64,000 nt of DNA from Alphaproteobacteria bacterium. GTDB taxonomy: Bacteria; Pseudomonadota; Alphaproteobacteria; Bin95. Below are positions 8,863-17,400 of this stretch, piece after piece (the stretch's first letter is position 1; every line of letters starts with the position of its first letter). The notes beneath the pieces were generated by a model that was not told where the DNA came from, made no database searches, and saw only the letters and a program-made list of their open reading frames with translations. The stretch covers positions 352,001 through 416,000 of the forward strand of contig CBDBGH010000003.1 in the NCBI GenBank assembly GCA_965205265.1, read 5' to 3'. The position numbers and the translations under genes are program-made.

Positions 8863-9945
8863 ATGATCCCCAACACGATTCCCCTGATCGGCTATGCCGA
8901 CCGCTGGTCGGCGCGGCCCGGCGAGACCGTCGAATTCAAGGTGAGCAGCCGTTCGGTCGAGCCCTACCGGGCGCGGCTCGTGCGTGTCGTCTCGGCGGAT
9001 CCCAACCCGGCGGGTCCGGGCATCAAGGAGGAGGCGGTGGCCTCCGACATCGAGGGAAACCGGCCCTCGCGGGCGCAGGATGCGGAGCTCGGCTCCTATG
9101 CGCGCATCCGGGGCGCGCGGCTGGACGCCGGGGCGCTGACCGTTTCCGCAACGATCTGGCCGACGATTCCCGACCGCGAGGGGCAGGGCATCCTGTCGTG
9201 GCTCGGCGAGGCGGGTGGCCTCGCGCTGCTGCTGGACGGCGAGCGGGGCGCGAGTGTGCGGGTCGCGACGGCGGACGGGACTGCGACCGTCGCCGTCAAC
9301 AAGCCGCTCCTCACCCGCGCCTGGTACCGGGTGTGGGCGAGCATCGACCCGGCGACCGGCGCGGTCTCGGTTGGGCAGCAGGCGCTTCGCCCCTTCGCCC
9401 GCGTGGACGATACGGGCACGGCGAGCGGACGGGTGGAGGCGCTGATCGTGGGCGGCGGCGGAGACATCTTCATCGGCGCGGGCGGCGGAAGCCCGGTAGC
9501 CGGCCACTTCAACGGCAAGATCGAACGGCCGAAGATCGCGCGCGGCGCTTCGGCCGACGGCGATGTCCTCGCGGACTGGGACTTCTCGCGCGACATCTCC
9601 TCCCTCAGGGCGGTCGATGCGGGGCCGAATAGCTGGCACGGCGAACTCGTGAACCTGCCGACGCGGGGCATGAAGGGCTCGAACTGGAGCGGAAGGGAGC
9701 AATGCTGGCGCCACGCGCCGGAGGAATACGGGGCCATCCACTTCCACGAGGACGACCTCTATGACTGCGGCTGGGAGACGGACTTCTCCTGGACCGTGCC
9801 GGCCGGCCTGAAGAGCGGGTCCTATGCGGTGCGGCTCTCCTGCGGCGAACACGAGGACATGATCCCCTTCTTCGTGCTGCCGCCGCGCGGGGCCGGGCGC
9901 ACGCCGGTCTGCGTGCTGATCCCGACCTTCACCTACACGGTGTAA
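8863..9945 (+). pseudogene. N,N-dimethylformamidase large-subunit family, C-terminally truncated (360 aa)
   Basis: GYADRWSARPGETVEFKVSS, YGAIHFHEDDL; stops at PTFTYTV just where lower-GC island DNA begins. Confidence 0.8.
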
Positions 9946-9979
9946 CCGAACGAATATTCCGTTAGAGCCTGTTAACTAT

Positions 9980-10062
9980 TTGTATAGCGTTGCCTGTCTC
10001 CCATAGAAGGCTTATCCTGCAATGCATTCGGGAGCCAGTCAAGGGTGGTAATCTTGTATAGC
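9980..10062 (+). other. Candidate oriT region
   Basis: TTGTATAGC twice (9980, 10054), resembling MOBF nic context; TATCCTGC (10013); upstream of mobC-like genes. Confidence 0.4.
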
Positions 10063-10276
10063 TATGACAATGGGTGACAGCGATGGGTGATTTCTGTGGA
10101 AATTCGGGAACTGGATTGAAGGATTCGATGATGGGCAGGCATTGGAGCTTCTTTTGCCGGGCATGACGTCGGGGATATCGGGATAGTGCTACGGAGATGC
10201 ATATAGGATAGTGGACCTATGAGTGCGCTGTGACAGGCCCATTGTATCGCTATCGACGGGAAAGGAACAGAGGCCA

Positions 10277-10597
10277 ATGAGGGGACCCGAGGGAAAACGC
10301 AGGCAGCGCGCCGTGTTGCTGACCGACCGTGAGAGGGACCGCATCGGTGCGCGCGCGAAGACGGCCGGCATGCCGTTCTCGCGTTATATCGCGCACCGGC
10401 TGGCAGGCCCGGCGGAGACGCCGGCGGCGGCGGCGGACCCCTCGCCGGAACTGCTGCGCCGGGTGCTGCGGGAGGTCATGATCCTGTCGCGGATCGAACA
10501 GCAGCGCATGGCGGGCCGGGAGGGCGAGGAAGAGACCTGGGAACGGGTGGCCGCCGAGGTCGATGCGCAGCTGGCGGCGGAGGAGGGCCTGGGATGA
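10277..10597 (+). CDS. MobC/MobA-like ribbon-helix-helix protein 1
   Basis: RAVLLTDRERDRIGARAKTAGMPFSRYI. Confidence 0.7.
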   Translation: MRGPEGKRRQRAVLLTDRERDRIGARAKTAGMPFSRYIAHRLAGPAETPAAAADPSPELLRRVLREVMILSRIEQQRMAGREGEEETWERVAAEVDAQLAAEEGLG

Positions 10598-10914
10598 GGA
10601 AGGCGCGGCAGCGGACGCTCTACTGCACGCCGTTGGAGAAGGCGACGATCCAGGCGGCGGCGGCGAAGCTGGGGGACCCGGTCTCGCGGTTCGTGATTGC
10701 CAGCGGCCTGCGCAATGCTGCGGCCCTTGGCGAGGGTCCGACCGGTGAGGCTCTTGTCTTGAGCGATGAGGAGCAACGGGGGCTTGTCGAGGGCGTTGAG
10801 CGTCTGACGGCGCTGGACGCGGCGCTGCGGGAGCCGTTGTCGGGCATCGAGGCGACGGCACTGGAGGCGCTCGCCTTCGTCTATCGTGCGCTCACGGCGG
10901 AGGCGATGCGGTGA
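10594..10914 (+). CDS. MobC-like RHH protein 2
   Basis: RTLYCTPLEKATIQAAAAKLGDPVSRFVI; ATGA overlap. Confidence 0.7.
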   Translation: MRKARQRTLYCTPLEKATIQAAAAKLGDPVSRFVIASGLRNAAALGEGPTGEALVLSDEEQRGLVEGVERLTALDAALREPLSGIEATALEALAFVYRALTAEAMR

Positions 10915-11405
10915 GGCGGGCGGCCACGGGGAGAGGCGCGACCGGCCGCAAGCGCCCCGGTCCGAAGGACAGGATTTCGGGGGTCCATCTGTCGATTTCC
11001 TGCACGGACGCGGAGTGGGCCCGTATCCGCCGGCTTGCCGATGCAGCGGGCAAGACGATCTCGCGCTACCTGATCGACTGCGCCATGGAGGCGGCGGCTC
11101 TCATCGACAAGGGCGTTGACTGGCCGCCGCCGGGCGCGGAGGGCCTTGTGCTGGACGCGGCGCAGCAGCAGGCCCTGCTCGACGGCGTGAGGGACCTGGC
11201 GGGGCGTATGCCGGGCAGCGGACAGATTGCGGAGCAGGCGGCGATGGCGGCGTTCCTCTTCGATGCGGTGCTGCTGGACATGGCCGGGCGGGGTCTCAGG
11301 CAGGAGCGGGACGCGCTTCTGGCTGCCCATTTCGGCAGTGCGCGCGGGGCGGAGATAGCGGCCGGAGCGGACCGCAGAGCGGCGGAACGCGGTCTTGCAT
11401 CCTGA
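10911..11405 (+). CDS. MobC-like RHH protein 3
   Basis: LSISCTDAEWARIRRLADAAGKTISRYLI; GTGA overlap. Confidence 0.7.
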   Translation: MRRAATGRGATGRKRPGPKDRISGVHLSISCTDAEWARIRRLADAAGKTISRYLIDCAMEAAALIDKGVDWPPPGAEGLVLDAAQQQALLDGVRDLAGRMPGSGQIAEQAAMAAFLFDAVLLDMAGRGLRQERDALLAAHFGSARGAEIAAGADRRAAERGLAS

Positions 11406-11771
11406 GCGCCGGGCGTTTGCCGAAGCCGGTCTCCGGATTATGTGATGCTGTGGAATTATATAACGATTGGAGAGTTATAAAATGCTGTAAAAAAGTAATA
11501 ATTCACAGATTATAGAACTTTTTATAGTGAATTCATATGCGTGTTGATGGGGATCGCATGCCAGATTACTCACATGCCTCACGCGATCCCGAACGGGACC
11601 GTCCGGTTCATCCGAACCAGCGAATGACGAAGAAGTCCGGTATGGCCGGGACTATGGCTAGTGCAGGATTCCTCATCTCAAGGGAAAGCCAAATTCCGCC
11701 TCCGATGAACGAGTGGGCCATGACCCAAGCCATTATCTGAGCTGACGGTCCTTCATTCGCACTGGCAAAAC

Positions 11772-11921
11772 CTATTCGCCCTCGCGCTTGAGGTAGTCCC
11801 ACTCCATCTTCGGCGGCCCGGCCACAATCACGCGGGTACTGCTCTCCGGCGCGCCCGGGACCAGTTCCGGCATCCGCTTCTCGACGGGCCGTCCACGCGG
11901 TCGCTTCGGCTCGTCTGTCAT
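11772..11921 (-). CDS. Small hypothetical protein (49 aa, RPRGRP AT-hook-like motif)
   Basis: MTDEPKRPRGRPVEKRMPE...GPPKMEWDYLKREGE. Confidence 0.4.
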   Translation of the reverse strand: MTDEPKRPRGRPVEKRMPELVPGAPESSTRVIVAGPPKMEWDYLKREGE

Positions 11922-12093
11922 CGGTATCTTCGGTCCGGCGAGAGTCGAGTCGCGTCCGAGGGGTATGCGCGGTCCGGCCCACCCGCAATGCGCCTGACGG
12001 CGCGCCGATCGACATGGGCGGCAACCGGCACGCGGTATTGCCGTGATCATGCCTCGCTTGCATCGACGATTTTCACAAAGCAGACTGGTTCTC

Positions 12094-12223
12094 GCAAACG
12101 TTCCCAGGGCTCTCGGCATGTGCCGGGTTGCCCGCTGAATAGAACAGCCGAACCCGGCAAAGGGGTAGCTCCCCCGCGCTTGGCGAATAGGCGGGGACCT
12201 TCCTGAATCCTGGGAACGTTTGC
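12094..12223. repeat. Perfect 15-bp inverted repeat bounding 130 bp upstream of lipoprotein gene
   Basis: GCAAACGTTCCCAGG (12094-12108) / CCTGGGAACGTTTGC (12209-12223). Confidence 0.85.
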
Positions 12224-12261
12224 AACAGCCCGGCGACCCCGCCGGGTGCAACAGGAAGGGA

Positions 12262-13356
12262 ATGTACATGACTTTTCGCACTTTGGCGGCGTTGACCGCT
12301 GTTTTCGTCCTTGCAGCATGCGGAGGCGGAGGAACCGCCTCGAACGGAGGGCCGTCCGGTCCCGGTGCGCCCCCTAACCCCAATCCCGGCGCGGCTCCCA
12401 GCCTTGGCGATGTTCGGGCCGCCAATCCCGATGCGACCCGCAGCGCCGGCGCACAAGCGGCGGGCAATCTCCCGAACTTCGGCAGTGTTACCCAGTCGTC
12501 GAACGCCGGTTCGGTTGCGGGCATTACAGGCGATGCGGCCTCCGCCTCATTCGATGGCCGCGATGTGCGGCTGACAGTCCGGCGAAATGACGGAAGCCGT
12601 CTCGTTTTCGATGCGGCGACCGACCGGATCGGCAGCGAAGACTACGTACCGATTTTGTCGGGCTACTCCTATCGCGGCGATGCGCTTCTGACCCATACCG
12701 GCACCAGCGTCTCGGTCGCGGCGGTCTATACCAACTGGAACAACGCCAACCCGACCGACTACATGGCCGGCGGCTACTGGATGCACCTTGAGGGACGCAC
12801 AGCCCCCCTGCAGATTACCGGCGCAGAAATCGGAGCCTTTGTGGACGGCCCGGAAATCTCAGGCGCGCCGACGCTGCCGAACCTCGGCACGGCCACCTAC
12901 TCAGGGCAGGGTGCCGGTCTTTACGGCTATGGCTACGGATCTTCGGGAGTCGTGGAGATCGGCGAGTTCGAGGGCGCCACAACTCTCACGGCCAATTTCG
13001 CCACGAACACCATCTCCGGCTGTATCGGATGCAATGGCGGCGTGTACGTGACCGGGGTTGCCACCGATGCGAACGGGCAAACGCAGGCATTCGAGAGTGT
13101 CCATGTTCCGGCGCGGCTGCGTCTGGGCGCGGCGTCCTTCGGATCGGACGGCGCTTTCAGGAATCGGGATGTAGTCGTGGAACGCGACGACGCGACCGTG
13201 ACGCAGACAAGCGGTTCATGGGGCGGCCGGTTCTCGAATGTCCCGAGCCGGGCAGGCGGTCCGCGTTTGGCGGCGGGCACGGCCGGTGCCGAATGGACGG
13301 AAGCCGGCGGGGGTCGGGGAGTCATGGTCGGTGCTTGGGCTGGGACCCGGCAGTAG
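12262..13356 (+). CDS. Surface lipoprotein, TbpB-like C-terminal beta-barrel
   Basis: AGGAAGG RBS, lipobox LAAC-GGGG, GTATYSGQ, LTANFA, WGGRF, VGAW. Confidence 0.8.
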   Translation: MYMTFRTLAALTAVFVLAACGGGGTASNGGPSGPGAPPNPNPGAAPSLGDVRAANPDATRSAGAQAAGNLPNFGSVTQSSNAGSVAGITGDAASASFDGRDVRLTVRRNDGSRLVFDAATDRIGSEDYVPILSGYSYRGDALLTHTGTSVSVAAVYTNWNNANPTDYMAGGYWMHLEGRTAPLQITGAEIGAFVDGPEISGAPTLPNLGTATYSGQGAGLYGYGYGSSGVVEIGEFEGATTLTANFATNTISGCIGCNGGVYVTGVATDANGQTQAFESVHVPARLRLGAASFGSDGAFRNRDVVVERDDATVTQTSGSWGGRFSNVPSRAGGPRLAAGTAGAEWTEAGGGRGVMVGAWAGTRQ

Positions 13357-13415
13357 CACCATGTCGGGCGGGGTCGCTCCTCGCCCGACTTTCCCGATTT
13401 CAGACTGAGACAATA

Positions 13416-13922
13416 CCGAATGATTGTGGACAGCACCGGCATCGACCGGTTGGCCGAGGCGGGCGTCGCGCTGAGCGAGGCGAACCGGTTCCGGACGTCC
13501 TGCCAGTCGATGCCGGCGATCTGGCGCCCCGCGAAATACGGCAGGAGCTGGCTCTGCAGGTAGTTCCGGTTGACCGCGAGCGTTCCCGCCTTCCAGACCC
13601 GCTCGTGGCGCCGGAACACCGTCTCGGCGATCGTCTCGAACAGCGTTTCCTCGGGATCGGAGGGCAGGCCCTCGCCGCGCCGGATCGCGGTGAGCAGTTC
13701 TGCCGCCCGGAAGCGCGCCGCGCCGGCGGTCATCGTTTCGGCGCTACCGAAGATCTTCCAGACCCGCTCCTCCTCATACTGGCATTGGATGAAGAAGCGT
13801 TTCTTCCCCGAGGGCAGCACCCGGACGCCGAAGCTCCTGAGCTTTCCATCGTGAACGTCGCGTACGGTCCTGCGCGGCTTCAGCATCCTGACGCGCGCTT
13901 CGGTAAGCGATCTCTTCGGCAT
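13416..13922 (-). pseudogene. Truncated tyrosine integrase (arm-binding and core-binding domains only)
   Basis: LTEARVRMLKP...FGVRVLPSGKKRF...SANRSMPVLS; no catalytic domain. Confidence 0.75.
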
Positions 13923-13924
13923 GG

Positions 13925-14347
13925 CTACCTCTCCCAGGTCCGGATTGCAGCGCGCCCGCAGAACCGGCCGCAGCCATGGCAGCGGAGGATCCCGGTCGGC
14001 CGCTCCCGACCGGACGGTTGCGTTCCAGGACGCCCATCCGGCGTCTTCCGCAAAAGAGGGCGGCGGTGTTCCAGGGTCAAAGGGCGATGCGTTACTTTCT
14101 GCGCGAGAAGGCAGTTCTTCGATGCCCGGCGCCTCAGGCGCTTGCGATAGCGGCGCTGGCGCTGCGCATGCTTGTGCCGGCCCCGGCTGCTGTCCCGGTA
14201 GCGCTGCCCGGCGAGGCGCTGCGACTTGCGGCGTGCCGTCTGGCGGCAGCTCCTGGAGCAATAGACATGGCCGTGACCGCGGCGCCGGCAGAGGACGACC
14301 TGTCGTCCGCAGGAAGCGCAGTCGAACCGGCGGGCGGTATTCTTCAT
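13925..14347 (-). CDS. Cys-rich basic putative Zn-binding hypothetical protein
   Basis: CASC...C...YCSRSC...HAQRQRRYR...CHGCGRFC; recalled from ORFs next to IS21 elements (unverified). Confidence 0.6.
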   Translation of the reverse strand: MKNTARRFDCASCGRQVVLCRRRGHGHVYCSRSCRQTARRKSQRLAGQRYRDSSRGRHKHAQRQRRYRKRLRRRASKNCLLAQKVTHRPLTLEHRRPLLRKTPDGRPGTQPSGRERPTGILRCHGCGRFCGRAAIRTWER

Positions 14348-14474
14348 CGATGCCGGAAAATCCTGCAACAGGGCCGGGAGCAGCACCCCAGTGTTGCAAG
14401 GCAATGTGCTGGATGGGTTCTCGCGGATCGGGCCGTGATCCGGGCAGCGGCTCCGCATGCCGTGCATTTCACGC

Positions 14475-17400
14475 CTACAGCTTCATCCCGCCGCCCTCGC
14501 TGCGGTCGAGGGTCTGCGTCCTGCGCTGCTGCCGCTTGTCCGGCTGCGGCGCCTGGTACTCCGCCTGCCGGCAGAGTCTGGCGGTCACTTCAAGCGCTTT
14601 ACGGGTGAGAGACGACCTGTACAGATGCGGGACCATAGCGGCGTCCCGCTCCACGGCCTCCCATTCGGCGAGGAACCGGTCGGCTTTCCTGCGCCAGGCC
14701 GGGAACCCGCTGCGCTCGTGGACGGGCGTATCGGGCGGCCGCCAATACACTCCGCCCCGCAGGCGCAGGGCTTCCCTGGAGATTTCGCCGGCTTGCTCGC
14801 TGAGCGTCTTCAGGCGCTGCATGAGCTTGTCCTGCTCATCGAGCTGCGAGGCGATCGCGGCGAGCTGCTCGCCCCTCTTCGAGTCGGGATCGAAGAACCC
14901 GCGCGCCTCGTCGAGCGACTTGCGGAACGCCTCGTATCCGACCTGGTAGGGCATCTCCGAAGGCTTTCTGCCGGCCCGCTCGAAGAGTTCCTTGTATTCG
15001 GCGGCGACGGCCTTGCGGACCCGCTCGCGCTCCTCGCGCTCGTTCCGCCCGGCAAGGCCGGAGAGGCGCGCCGCCGACGCCTTGTCCAGACCGGGGCGCT
15101 GCGCCATCGTATCCAGGCGGGCGGTGAGATCGCCATACCCCTCGGCGCGGGAGGGCTGGACGCCGGCGGCCAGCGCGGCAGCGACATGGGCGTTCCAGTC
15201 CCGGAGAAGCCGGGCTGCGGCGTTGCCGGCCCCGATGGCGGACCCGAGCGTGCGGGCGCTTTCCCCGACCGAGGCGCGGAGCCCGGGGAGGCGCGCGAAG
15301 CGGACTGCGGCGCGCGGGTGGTCGGGAAGGCCCCTACCCCGGTCCAGGACCTTCCGGGCGTCGGCGCGCCAGGCCTTCCACTCCGGGAGCTCGGCGACGG
15401 CGCGCCCCTTGCGCGCCGCCTCATCGACCATGACGGAGCGCCGGTTCGCGATCCCGTCCGCCTCGCGCCGCCAGCCCTCCACGAGGTCGCGGGCCTGCAT
15501 CTCGCGCCCGTGCTCCCCGACGAGGTCGCGGATGTCCCGCGGCAGCGCCGCGGGAGGGTCGTCCCGCGCGGCGAGCGCCCGGAGCGGCGCCATGGCCTCC
15601 TCCGTTCCCTCCGCGTCGAACGGGGAAATGCCTTCGTCCTTTGCCTGCCTGGCATGCGTCCGCCACGTCTCCAGCGCATCGGCCAGCAACATGTCGGCCT
15701 CCGCGGCCGCCACCACGCGCTCCACCAGCTTGCGGTCGGCGGGGTCGCGGTCGAGGTGGACGCCGAACCTCCTGCTTTCGAGCAGCGCCTTGCCTGCCCG
15801 CATCAGCGCGCCGGCCTCTTCCCGTGCGTCCTTCCAGCCGGCAAGGTCGGTGACCGGCACGCCGGAAGATTCGGCCTCGGCGAGCAGGCCCGCGCGGCGC
15901 CCGTCCATCTTCCTGTATGACGGCAGCACGTTCCGGACCGCTTGGCCTGCCAGGACCAGCGCCTGATGCTCCTCCAGCAGGGCCGTCATGCACGCCGCCG
16001 TCGCGGCCGGCAGACCCTGTCGGTCCGCAATCTCCTCAAGCCGGGCGACAAGGGCTCCATATCCCTCGGCATGGAAGGGATGGATACCGGCTTCAGCGGC
16101 GGTCTTGTCATGCGCCCGCCAGTCCTCCAGCAGGGCCGCGCATTCATCGTCGAGCGCGACGGCCGCTTCCAGTGCTCCGGCCTCGCGCTCGATGCCGGAC
16201 CGGGTTCCGCCGGCGCGGGCGACATGGGGGCGGTACGCCTCGCCGTCCAGCAGCCGGCGCCCGGCCTTGGCTCTCCGTTCCGCCGCATCGCGCCATTCCC
16301 GCCAGCCGTCCATATCGGTGAGCGGCAGACCTGCGGCCTCTGCCTCCCCACCGAGCGTCCCGCGCGCCGTCTCGCTCCGGCCGCTCTCCTGGAGCCACGC
16401 CTCGACCTCCGCGCGGCGCGCCGCCTCCGTCTGCTGCTCTTCGAAGATGCGCGCGACCGCAGCCGGCGGCGGGCAGGGCAGGTTCCGGCGCGCGGCAAGC
16501 CTGCCGAGCCGTGCGACGACCTCCCCGTGCCCCTCCATGTCGAGCGGCAACACGCCCGCTTCCTCGGCCCGCGCCTCATGCTTGCGCCAGGCCGAGAGCT
16601 GCGGCCAGAGCTCCTCCCTGTCCATGATCCCGACCGCCGGGTCCTCGCCGACCGCCTCCAGCGCCGAGACCCGCTCGCCCGTCGCCGCCTCCAGCGCCGC
16701 CATCAGGTCCTCGCGGTTGTCGGTCAGCACAACCACACGGTCCCGCGCGCGCGTCAGCTCCACGTAGAACGTCGCCTGGTCGGTCAGCGCCCCATGGCCC
16801 GAGTCCAGCACCGCGACGACATTGTCGCGCGTGATCCCCTGCGCCCCGTGCACGGTCGAGCTCCAGGCATGGTCGAGATGGCGCAGCTGCATGTCCTTGC
16901 GCGAGAGCGCAAACGCGCGCCCGTCCTCGCCCCGGAACGACACCTTGCGCGGGCCGATCTCCACCACCTCCGCCCGGTCGCCGTTGGCGAGGCCGTGGGC
17001 CGGGTCGTTGCGGGTCCAGCGGATCCGGTCCCCGGCGCGTATCTCGATCGTCCGCGTCTCATAGACCTCGATCTGGTAGCGCACCCGCCCGTCCGGGCGG
17101 ATCGCAAGCCGGCGCCCGTCGGCATGCTCCAGCCGCACGCGCCCCTCCTCTATGCCCGTGACCGCGAAGCACTCGCCGGCGCGCGCCTTGCCGCCCCATA
17201 TGTCGTGCAGGAACACGACCTCGTCGCCTTCGACATAGTTGCGGATGTCGCCCTTCTGCGCCCGCGTCATGCCCCGGCTCACCAGGCGCTCGATGGTGAG
17301 CGTCCGCCCGTGCAGCACGCCCTCCTCGGCCAGCGCCTCGCGGACGGTGTCGTTGATGCGCTCGCGCAGCTCGTGCGTCGGGGCGAGCAGCGCGGTCTCT

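Noticed and set aside
9941-9975. TGTAACCG (also at 22347 and 33686) as att/TIR, and TAGAGCCTGTT as an IS5-like end
   Set aside because: The 8-mer matches do not extend and are near chance expectation; no partner end or transposase found
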